From: an uncultured bacterium
GTDB lineage: Bacteria; Patescibacteriota; Doudnabacteria; UBA920
Assembly: GCA_963749445.1 (NCBI GenBank)
Contig: CAVVMJ010000003.1
Location: forward strand, 128,715 to 192,714
Direction: 5' to 3'
Length of the DNA stretch: 64,000 bases
Shown: in pieces, positions 1 through 10,800 of the stretch
Position numbering within the stretch: position 1 is the stretch's first letter
Layout of the letters: every line of letters begins with the position of its first letter
Notes under the pieces: model-generated
What the model was told of the DNA's origin: nothing
The model's input: the letters and a program-made list of their open reading frames with translations, nothing else
Database searches by the model: none
Program-made: the position numbers and the translations under genes

Positions 1-1831
1 CAGTTTATAAATTTCCCGTTCCAGCTGATTAATGTCTATTTCCGCCTCGCCGGAAAGCCGGTTTAAAAATTTTGCGTCCAGCTTAATGCCACTTAACTCC
101 ATATTCGCCAAAACTTCCACCAGCGGCATTTCTATGTCGTCAAAAATTTTGCGCAGGCCTTCCTTTGAAAGCGCAGGCTCAAATAATTCCTTAAGCCGCA
201 AAGTCATATCCACATCTTCGCAGCAATACCAGCTAACTTTGGCCGGCTCAACTTTGTCCATCGTGGTTTGGGTTTTGCCTTTGCCGATTAAGTCTTCAAT
301 GGGCTGCATTTGGTAGCCCAGCTCGTTAAACGCCAAAGTATCCAAACTGTGCTGGCGGGTTCCGGCATTTAAAAGATACGAGGCGATCATGGTGTCAAAA
401 TAGATAGTGCTTAGTGCTAAGTGATTAGTGCTTAGCACTTGTAAATCATACTTAATGTTATGGCCGATTTTGGCCCACTTTAATTTATTTGATAGTGGGC
501 CATCCGTCGAAGCTTCAGCGAAGGCGGATCCACTCCCACCGATTATCTTTTTTAACTCATCTGACGCCAAAACCAAATCCGCGGGCACATAATAAGCCTC
601 GCCACGCTTTACGCATAAGCCAACGCCGACCAATTTGGCATCTATAATATCCAGGCTCGTGGTTTCCGTGTCAACCGTTAATTCTTTGGCGGATGATAAA
701 ATTTTTAGGAGCTTTTTCCAATTTTGCCGCCGTGTCTATCAGTTCATAATCCTGCTTGCCAATACCACCTCCCCCCGCTTCGCGGGGTACTCCTCCTATA
801 TTAGGAGGAGAGACTCCGTGGTTCTCCGGGGATAACTGCGGCTCGCCCGACGAAGCCTTGGCGTAGTCGGGAGCATTCCCCTCCTGGGACAGGAGGGGTG
901 TCCCGACTTGTCGGGACGGGGTGGTAGTATCATTCCCATTCTTCGGCAATTTATTAAGCAAACTCCTAAACTCCAATTCCTGAAACAGCTTTACTACAAC
1001 CTGCAAATGCGCCGCGTCTAAATCGTACTTGGGAATATCAATGTCCAAAGCCACATTGCAATCTATCACCGAAAGTTGATACGACATCCGCGCCTCTTTT
1101 CCTGGTCAATCAATAACTGCACATCCTCGGCTTTATCCTATTGCCTGTTGCCTCTTTCCCTATTGCCTGATACAAACCATCCAGCGATTTAAATTCTTTG
1201 ATTAATTCCTCCGCGGTTTTTTCCCCAATGCCTTTGACGCCCGGAATGTTATCGGACGGGTCGCCGCGTAAAGATTTATAATCCACCATCTGGTCGGGAT
1301 TCAACCCATAGCGCGCACGCACGGCCTTGGCATCATAAACCACAGTGTCGGTAATGCCTTTGCGCATGGTGTAAACTTTTATCACGTGATTAACCAACTG
1401 CAGAGTATCCAGATCGCCCGTCACAATAATAACTTCGGCCTCGGGATTTTTTTTATGAGATTCATTGCCAAAGTGCCCAAACAATCGTCCGCCTCAAACC
1501 CCTGCTTTTCAAAAATCGGAATGTTCAAAGCCCGCACCACTTCCTTGACGCGCGGAATTTGGTCGTAAAGTTCCTGGTCGGCCTTAACGCGCGTGGCTTT
1601 GTATTCTTTATACTGCACATGCCTAAAGGTAGGGCCGGCCAAATCAAAAGTGCAGGCAATATGCGTGGGCTTAATGTCCGCAATGGCTTTAAGCAGAATT
1701 AAACTAAAACCGTAAACCGCATTGGTCTGCTCCCCGCTTTTGGTGTTTAAAACCGGAATAGCATGGTAGCCGCGGTGGATTAACGCGTTGCCGTCTATTA
1801 ACATGTAGCGCTGGCCTGTGGATTTAACCAT
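1..1831 (-). CDS. polA: DNA polymerase I, 5' part (runs off window start); split by several single-base frameshifts
   Basis: 5' nuclease motifs LIDGNALIHRGYHA, GFEADD, TGDLD, GDPSDNIPGVKGIGEKTA in ORFs 1421-1831 and 1110-1484; linker ORF 671-1087; manual translation of 1-700 gives exonuclease-domain segments TVDTETTSLD, KIGHNIKYD, FDTMIASYLL, IEMPLVEVLANME. Frame breaks near 1450, 1090-1125 and 715. Confidence 0.95.
405..440. repeat. Heptamer (TTAGTGC)-type periodic repeat in-frame in polA
   Basis: tagtgcttagtgctaagtgattagtgcttagcact, read as VLSTNHLALSTI in PolA. Confidence 0.6.
495..540. repeat. REP-like hairpin in-frame in polA
   Basis: atccgtcgaagcttcagcgaaggcggat encodes GSAFAEASTDG; related sequences at ~846-871, ~22651-22690 and ~58849-58907. 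Confidence 0.7.
765..930. repeat. Composite of palindromic elements in-frame in the polA linker
   Basis: ccacctccccccgcttcgcggggtactcctcct..aggaggagagactccg recurs intergenically at 46938-46991; cccctcctgggacaggagggg and tcccgacttgtcgggac resemble 40721-40768. Confidence 0.85.
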
Positions 1832-1858
1832 ATCTTCTAAAATTGTTAGTTTTGTGAG

Positions 1859-1957
1859 TTGATGGGAATCTTCGAGATGGTATTATCGTTGGCTGATATT
1901 CATCGGCAGTCTGATAATTACCATTAGCGCGACTATCGGCAAGAAGATTCCCATCAA
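1859..1957. mobile_element. MITE-like element, 15-bp terminal inverted repeats TTGATGGGAATCTTC
   Basis: Perfect TIR ttgatgggaatcttc...gaagattcccatcaa; related copy at 26350-26450. Confidence 0.7.
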
Positions 1958-2012
1958 GCCAGTTTTTGGAGGCAATGGACTTATTGGTGTTATTATTATA
2001 ATCTACATTTGC

Positions 2013-4150
2013 ATGCTTGACCACTTAAAAAAGCTCACACTTCCCCCAAAATTCCGCACAAAAACCGCCAAACGCTGGTTTGTAGCCGGGGTTGTCTTGA
2101 TTGGGCTGATGGTTGTTTGGGGAATAGTTTCCGCGCGGCTCGCTAACCGGTTACAACTCGCCTACCAGGCGCAAAGCTCGCCCGTGTGGTACGACAGAAA
2201 CGGCCAATTGTTGGATATTAAACCCAACCCACAGGGCAATTACGACCAATTTTTACCCAAAGTACCGCCGCGCCTGGGCAGCCTGCTATTAAAAAAAGAA
2301 GACCGATTTTTTTACTGGCATTTTGGCATTAACCCTTTTAGCTTAACGCGCGATTTTTTTCGTGGGTAATTTCCGGCAGGCGCAGCGGCTCGTCCACCAT
2401 AACCCAGCAGCTGGTAAAAATTTTGCTGGGCAATGCCAATGACCGTTCGGTCGGTAATAAACTGCGTGAATTTGTCTACGCTGAAAGTTTGGAATACCGT
2501 GCCCCCAAACAGCAAATCTTGCTAATGTACTTAAACAGCGCCTATTTTGGCCCAAACAGCCAAGGCATCAAAGATGCCAGCCTCTACTACTTTGGCGTGC
2601 CGCCGGAAAACTTAAACGACGCGCAAATTCTGTCAATTCTGGCCGCGCTTAACAGCCCGAGCCTTACCTCGCCCACAAATTCTCCCAATTTGGCCCGAGC
2701 CAAAATTCTCGCTAAACATTTTGGCCTTAACATCGCCGCCGCCGACTGGCAAAACATCAGCCTTGCCAAAACCCACAACTACCGCCAAAATCCCGAAAGC
2801 TTTGAACTGGGCAGTTTAAACGTGCCCTGCCAAAATTCCTGCCGGCTGACTTTGGACAGCGACTTAACCAAAAACATCCGCGAAATTTTGCGCCGCAACC
2901 TAAATTCCGCCAGCCTGCAAACCGCAAGCAACGGCGCCGTGGTGGTAATTAAGCTGCCGGAAAACGAAATCCTAAGTTTGGTCGGCTCGCCCGAGCCTGA
3001 ATCCAAAGGCCAGGGGCTGCAGCTTAATATGGCCATCAAACCCCGCGCCATTGGCTCTACGGCCAAGCCGTTTATTTATTTAAACGCGTTTGAGCAGGGC
3101 GCGCGGCCTTACAGTTTGGTGGATGATACGGAAAGGAAGTACCAGCTGGGCACGGGTTTTGATTTTTTCCCGCAAAATTTTGACGGCCAGTTCCGCGGCC
3201 TGGTAACTTTGCATCAGGCGCTGGATAATAGTTTAAACATCCCGAGCGTCCAGGTTTTAAGTTTTGTGGGTTTGGATAATTTTTACGGCTTCCTCAGCAA
3301 AGATTTGCAGTTTAAACCCCAGCAGCCGCTGGAAAATTATGAATTAAGCATTGCCCTGGGGGGCTTGGAAATGGATCCGCTGACTTTATCCCACTACTTT
3401 ACAATTTTCCCGCAAAACGGCTGGCTAAAACCTTTGACTTTGTACCAATCCGGTTTTAATTCTACACCCTACTACCAAACACCCATGGAGCAAATGTCCA
3501 TCAACCCCAAACAAATCGGCAAGGAGGCCGATGTGGAATTGGTTAATAAAATTTTGAACGATAGAGAAACCGGCGTGGACCAGTTTGGCATTAAAAGCAA
3601 TTTGAATTTGCCGTTTACCAATTACGCGGTCAAAACCGGAACCAGCCGCGATTATCACGACAGCTGGACCGTGGGCTACACGCCGGATTTTTTGGTGGGG
3701 GTTTGGATTGGCAACTCAGATAACCGCGCCATGAAACAAATTACCGGCCTGGCCGGCGCCGCCCGCGTCTGGCACGAGGTGATGAACCTAATGTACAACA
3801 CCGCCTACAACAAAAACACGCAATTTAATTTTAGCAAAGTCCAATTTATCCAAAGCGGCGACACCTTAGACTTTGCTTTGGCCGGAGACGACTACAACAC
3901 CGCGCGGCAGATAATGTTAAAACCGCAGCTAATTCTAAACCCCCACGACAACGACCAACTATTATTCCAACCCGGCGCCAGCATCCCCCTCTCCGCCTCA
4001 ACTGATGTCGATTGGACAATCAACGGCCAATTTTTTGCCCACGCTCAAAAAACCTTTTACCCCATCACCAAATCCGGAAGCCTAACTATAAAAGCCACAT
4101 CCACCGACGGAAAAACCCAGCAAGTTACTATTAATATAAACAAAGAATAA
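2013..4150 (+). CDS. pbpC: Penicillin-binding protein 1C (transglycosylase/transpeptidase); one frameshift near 2355-2390
   Basis: KEDRFFYWHFGINP in ORF 2013-2369, then GSSTITQQLVK in the next frame; SxxK (GSTAKP), SLN and KTGT motifs; adjacent to alpha-2-macroglobulin. Confidence 0.85.
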
Positions 4151-4151
4151 T

Positions 4152-4805
4152 ATGGATACTCTAAATATTTCCTTGCATGGAGCTAAGGAAAAAGAAGTTT
4201 TTGAATTTTTTAACCAAATCGTAAAAGAAACAACGATTGTATTTTTAAAAGATGTCTCTGGCGGGGACAGGATACCCCTTAGAATTCAAATGATTATAAC
4301 TTTTAGCTTAATAGACATTCTTGCAAGTTATTGGTTTGAATATTTAGAAAAGACAGGGACTCAACAAGAAAGATTTTGTTTATGGTATAAAACTTTCTGT
4401 AAAACCTATAGGAATAAAAAATATTTAAAAAATCAACAATGGAATATTCTCAGTAGTTCTCGTTTATATCAACTGAGAAACTCATTAGTCCATTTCTTTG
4501 GACTGTCTTCTAAAATAGAAAACATATACCTATCGCTAGTGCCAAATGATTTACCAGATAATGAAAAAAGTGATTTAGAAAAAAGATTGAACAACCATAA
4601 ATACAAAACCATAGTCATAAAGCCAAACGAATTTCACGAACTAGTCCGAGAAGGCGGCATACTTATGTTGGAGGACTGGCTAGAAAATGTAAGATTGGCA
4701 AACTCTGGAGACACTAATAAAAAAAATGCGCATATCAAGGGAATAAACAAAATATGGGAAAAAATACGATCTGAAGGTGCCTCAATAATTTTAAAAAAGA
4801 AATAA
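4152..4805 (+). CDS. AT-rich protein with HEPN-like RxxxxH motif (putative RNase)
   Basis: LYQLRNSLVH motif after an helical LIDILASYW...QERF..WY segment; visibly lower GC than flanking genes. Confidence 0.55.
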   Translation: MDTLNISLHGAKEKEVFEFFNQIVKETTIVFLKDVSGGDRIPLRIQMIITFSLIDILASYWFEYLEKTGTQQERFCLWYKTFCKTYRNKKYLKNQQWNILSSSRLYQLRNSLVHFFGLSSKIENIYLSLVPNDLPDNEKSDLEKRLNNHKYKTIVIKPNEFHELVREGGILMLEDWLENVRLANSGDTNKKNAHIKGINKIWEKIRSEGASIILKKK

Positions 4806-4807
4806 CC

Positions 4808-4838
4808 CAAAAGCTCAATCGGCACGGTTGAGCTTTTG
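4808..4838. terminator. Bidirectional intrinsic terminator
   Basis: caaaagctcaa-loop-ttgagcttttg between convergent genes. Confidence 0.75.
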
Positions 4839-4862
4839 AAAATACCTTAGTTATGGCTAAAT

Positions 4863-7800
4863 TTACTGCGTGATCGTAAATATCTCCCCGCGGGTGCGGC
4901 CGAAGTGGTCAGGTTGGTAGAGCTCACTGGCGACGGCCGGGAGGTGCTGGAACTGGCCGGGGATTAGCGCGCGGACATAGTAATCGTATTCGTAAACTCC
5001 GGGCTGTAAGTTTTGGTTAAAGAGCATTAAGCGGTCATCGTGGTATTCCACGGAATCCGGAATGAGCGAATCGGTAGTGGTCAAATTGCCGGAATAAACT
5101 TCGTCGGGCAAATCCGCCACGGCCGTGGTGCCGGGGACGGTTGAGCTTTGGCGGACGAACAAGCCTTTAATCCACAGCCACGAGCGCGTAAAGAATCCCG
5201 GGCGCTTAAGCTGCACGGTTTTGGTTGGCACATTTTGTCCGGCCTGTGCATTTTCATATCCGTACGCCGGAGTGGTCAAATACTGCTGGTTTAACGTTTG
5301 GTTTTCCGTGGCCAAATTAAAGTTCACCAATTCCATACCCGCCGGAATAAAACTTTCCACAGTCACAAAATTCCGCGGCTTGCTTACGGTTAAGGTTAAA
5401 TGGGCCCTTAGCACCTGTCCGACTTTGGCCTGATTAAGCGGCGTTTTATTCACGGTATCATCCAAAGCATAAAGTTCGCGCGAAATCGCAAAACCTTCGT
5501 CGCGCGGCGCAATACTGTTAACCGGCAAAAAATACTTTAGCGTCATATCGTAATAAAATCCATTGGTCTTGTCGTTGAGGTTCTGTTTATTAAACTGCAA
5601 AACGCTAAGTTTGTTTGGAGTAAATGACGAAATTGGAATAAAACTTTGCAGGGAATCCAAAATCGTTTGGCTGTTAAATGTAAAATTAGCTTGCGGCTTG
5701 GTATCCAGCAACAAGTTTAAGGTAAAGCTAGACTCGGTCTCCCCTTTCCACTGCAAGTAGTCAACCAGCGCGTCCATAACCGTAACCGTGCCGTCGGTTG
5801 ACCCCCACGAGCCGTCCTTGGCGCGGGAATTTTGCAGCCAGCGCAACATTTTGTCGGTTTCGCTGAATTGGCGCTGGGCTAAACTTTCGGCTTTGAGCAA
5901 CAAAGCCGTATCCTTAACCGGTGTTTCGTAATAATACCACAGTAAATTCTGATCCCCGGTGGTCAAATACGCGCCGCGGCCGTCCACCACCACGCGGTTT
6001 TCCAAAGTCTGGAAAACCTGGTTGCCAAACGTGCTGGATTGTTTTGCCGATGACAACAAAGCCAAATACACCAAAGACAAATTGGAAATATCCTCGTTAA
6101 AGAATTTTGGATCGTTGGCCAAAGCTTGAATTTGCGGCTGCAAAGCAGCGAATTGCTGGGAAGCGGATGGTACGCGGCTAAAAGTATAAGCCGTTAAAAT
6201 CAAACTGTCTTTGCTGCGGTTAAGGTTATAATCACCTGTCCAAGTTTGATAAGCGTAAGCCACAGCGCGGGTTTCGGCCGCGTCGTCAATTTTGTATTTG
6301 GCCTGGCGCAAGTCTTCCAGCGCGTTTAAAACATCCAAAGTCAAATAGTAATCGGACTTCATACCCGGATAATAGCTGAATCCCCCGTCCGAATTTTGGT
6401 TGGACATAATCCGGCTAAGGCCAATACTGACTACGTCGTCGGCCGAGTAAGTTTGGTTGTCAAACTGAACTTGGGGCATTTTAAATTTATCACCCAAGTT
6501 TTTTAAACTGACAAAGCGCTTAACCGTAGCCACGGCCGTAAGCTTGCTGATCATTTGCTCGGTGCAGCCATATGGATAATCCACCAAATATTTCAACGCC
6601 CCGGGCAAAACGCCGGCCAATGTGGCCTGGGCCTCTATTTGCACGCCGCCGCGGTCCGGGATAACATTGTCCGGCAGCCAGACGTATTCGTTGGCCGTTT
6701 GGTTAGTAGTATAGTTGGATGTAGCCACGGCTTCGTAAGTCTGGTCCGGCGTAACCGGAAAACTGCTGTCCACGCTGTCCTGGTACTTGTCATTTTTGGC
6801 CGTAATGTTCAAAGTATGCTGACCGTCCTGCTGCGATGCCGGCGCCACGGCTTTAACGTAAACCGTTTTGGTGTCCCCGGCGTTTAACGTTACGGTCTGC
6901 GGCTTGTTGTCCGGCATTTGGAGCGAGCTGCTGGTAAAGCTGACCTGAAGTGTCTGGGCGCTGCCGGTTTGGTTAAAAATTTTGCCGCCCAAAGCAAAGC
7001 TGTCGCCGGGAATGACAAAGCGCGGCACTAAAGGCGTGACCATCAATTCTTTTTGCGCCTTAAATTCCTTATATCCAACGCCTAATTTGGTATCTTGGGT
7101 GAGTCCCACGCCTTCGGCCTGCCAAGTGGTAAGGTTATCGGGCAAAGTAAAACTGACTTGGGCATGGCCGTCGCTGCCGGTTTGGACATCCGCGTTCCAG
7201 TAAGCCGTATCTTTAAACACCCCGCGTTTTTTGCTGGCCAAATCCTCGGGCGCGGCCCCGCCCCCGCCTTTGGTGCCGGTCGGAATTTCCGCCTCGGTCA
7301 AAATATTTTTGATGTTTGACGAAGTGGTCACACCCAGCGGCCGGCCGTCGTAAAAAAAGCTCACCGGATCTTTTTTGGGATTGCCCGAAAGTGCCAGCAC
7401 GCTCAAATCCGCCACAGCCAAGGAAACATCCGCGGGCACGGGCTTACCGGAAACATCTTTGGTGACGACATCCAAAGTCACCTGCTCGCCGGGTAAATAA
7501 TTATTTTTGTTGGGTGTTACGTCCACGGTCAGAGTTTTTTGTTTGGTGTCTATAAAGAACTGGGCCTGGCCGAATTTAACTTCCGGCTTGGGCGACAGCA
7601 GCAGTACCGTGACAAAAACATTGGGCACGTAAGCGTCCTTGACGTCAAAAGTATAATTATAAAAATTTTGGTTGATGTCTACGATTTGGTAATCCAAAAT
7701 CCGGCCGCGCTCTACCGCAATCAGAGCCTTGGCATGGTCATAAGGCGACTTGATGACTACCTGCCCGGCTTGGCCGACTTCCAGTTTGTTATTGGCCACG

Positions 7801-10800
7801 GCCAAATCCAAAGATTCGTTGTTTTCCGGCTGGACTTCCACGCTGCCCTGGCCGTAAACGTAAAAATCCTGCGTGGCGGTAATGGGATTGCCGCGGCTAT
7901 CGGCTGCCGTAAGCGCGACCTCATACTCGCCTTCCTGCCCGACCGTAAAATCCTTGGAAAAATTGCCGCTGCTGTCGGTCTGGGCCGTAAACTGCTGCAC
8001 CGTGTCTACCTGTTTTTCGGAATGATAGTAATAATTCCCGTCAACCTCCTGGCGCTTAAAATAGTTCCAGGTAATTTTGTTGACTTTGCCGCTAATATTG
8101 CCCACGGAAAGTTCTTTGCCCTGGGTATCCACGGTTTTGATTAAAATTTTATTGGCGTCATTTTTGCCAAAATAGCTCTTGTCCAAATTCACGCCCAAAT
8201 AAAACTGCCCGCGGTGCACAATGAAAGACTGCTCGTTGGACACAGCCTGTCCCGTGGTATTGGTTACGGTTACATCAACCACAAAAATTTTACTTTGATT
8301 TTGATTGTCTATGGAAAACAGTTTACTAAAATCCAAAACTTGGCTTATTTGCGCGTGACCCTGGGTATTTAACTGCGCTTTGCCGCGCAAAATAAAACTG
8401 TCGCCGTAGCCGGCATCGGGCTGGTAATACCAGCCGGCGCCGAACTGGAAATTTTGGTCCTGGTAGCGGTCAAAATAATAATCCTGGGCCGTGACCGTGT
8501 AATCCACGCTGCCGCCTTCCACGGGCACGCCAAAATAATAATTGGCGTCAACGCTTAGGTTGGCCGTATCGCCGGCAATGTATTCGGCCTTGTCGCTCTT
8601 TAAATCAACCTTAAACGGAGATGGCACGTAATCTTCCACGTCAAAAGTATAAATGCCGTCAAAAGCCTGGACGCGATAAGTGCCCAAGGGAGCATCCGCG
8701 GCCAAATGGAACACCGTGTTAAACGTACCGTTTTTACTGATGGCTAAATCCTCCGTGTCCACCTGTTCATTCTTGCTGCTAAAAATCTGCAGGGACGCGG
8801 TCTTGCCCGTATAAATTTCGTAAACGCCGTCGTAGCCAATGCGGTAAAGGCCCTTAATGTCCACTTCCTGGCCCGGACGATAAATCGGTCGGTCAGAATA
8901 AATGTAAGTTTTGTCCCCTCCCTGGTAAGGCGACGACCACTGAAATTTGTCGCTGTAGCCGGACACGATGGTGCTGTCATTGTCCTTGCCGATTACGGCC
9001 GCGCCGTTGCCGGCGTAAGCTTTGGCCCGGGCCACGCCGGAGCTGTCGGTGGTTGCGGTGTCAAACGCCAAATATTTTTTGTCCTGTTTTTGGAAGACTT
9101 GGATGGTGGCGCCCTCTACAGCGTTAAGTGAGCCGATTTGGGTTACCCAATACAAATTGCCCTGGGAAGATGACAACAACTCGCGCTCCGTGGCGCGTTC
9201 GGGCTGGACGGCGGCGGTTCCGGGAGAAGACGAAGTGTCGTCGCTGACTTCCACTTTCTTTTCCTGGGCAGCCAAATTGGTCACGTTCAAAAAAGTGCGC
9301 TCATAAATTGGCGGGCCGGGGCGGGTTTTGCCGGTGTTATAGTCGTAAATCTGCTGGCGCAGCTGCGGGTTGGAAAAACTTAAAACATAATAACCCAAAG
9401 GGCTGGGAACAATATCTGACAACTGCACCTGGAAATAATTCAACGTCCAGAATTTTGGCGGCAGGTCAATGCGCTTGGTCCAGGTCTGCTGGCAGTCCAG
9501 CGCGGAGCCGGCAATACCCGCATCCGGCTGGGTGTCGGGATCCAAATACCCGAGCATGGTTTGGCTGCTTACCTGGCAAACGTGCAAATCCAAATAATCC
9601 AAATTCGTGGCCGCGTAAGTGAGCTTGGTATGGCCGGGCGAAGTAACGTTGTAGCCCTTTTGCAGGGAATTAAAATCGGTGTAAGTGCTGTCAATTTTGC
9701 CGGAAGTAAAATTTAAATTTTGGCTCAAGCTTTGCCCAAACTGGTCAACTAAATTTAACTGCATCTGGTACTCTGTTTGCGGAATTAACCCGTAACGGAT
9801 CCGGTTGTCATACTGACCGGGCGAGCATTTTTCGTCAGCTGATCGTGAGCCAGTCTGCACCTTATAGGCCACATCCCAGTCCCATTTGCCCACGCTTAAA
9901 TTGGACTTGAGCCGCTGGTAAAAATTTTCCGGCTGGGCATCGTCCAGCGGAGAATTGGTGCAAATGATTAATCTGGTAACGTCTGCCGCCTGCTCACCCG
10001 GGGCAGGCGTGGTGCTTAACACCTTTAGCTGGGGGAAAATTTGCAGCGATTCCTTAATCGGGTCGGAGTTTAACTGCAGCCCTTTGGCATTAAAAATTTT
10101 TGTCAGCTCCACGTCAAAACTTTGTCCGGGCTGCCAGTTTTGATCTTTAAAACTTACCAGTAATTGCTTTTTATCGGTTACCTGCTTACATTGCCCGTCA
10201 ACATAAACCTCATTGCCGTCCGCGTCCAATTCACACCTTTGTCCGTAATCCACACGGTCCAAATTTTGCGCCGTAATTTGGGAACGGTCTTTGTCTATCT
10301 CCTCATAAAAATTCAAAACCAGCTGGCCTTTGGGGTCAAACATAGTGGGCTCGACCAAACTGGAACGGGAAGACGAAGCGCTTACTGACTCCACAATGTC
10401 GGGAACCTGCACCGCGGCGCTGCGGCCCTCGGACAAATTAATATCACCCTCCAGGGGAACGGCGCCGCTGATGTCTACCTGGTAATTGCTATTATTGTCC
10501 CAAAATTTGGCGCGGCCGAACTTGTCGGCTTTGGCAAAAATCAAAACCACGGATTTGTCGGTATAATCCGTTAAATTAACCGCCCCGCCCAAGCTCACGC
10601 CGCGGGTGCCATACTGGGTGACAAAGGGCACCGCATTGTTGGTCGCTAAATTTTTTACGGTAATCTGCGCGGTGGTTTTGGCCAAATCTACGGGTTGGTT
10701 AAAATCAATCTTAACCGGTTCGTCATATAATGTTACGCCATCGTGATGGATGGTATTTCCGGCAAACCGCAAGGGCCGCGTGGTAAACTGCGCCTGCGCC

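Noticed and set aside
1824-2024. 66-aa ORF upstream of polA
   Set aside because: It is mostly the MITE-like element and overlaps the pbpC start; there is no coding support.
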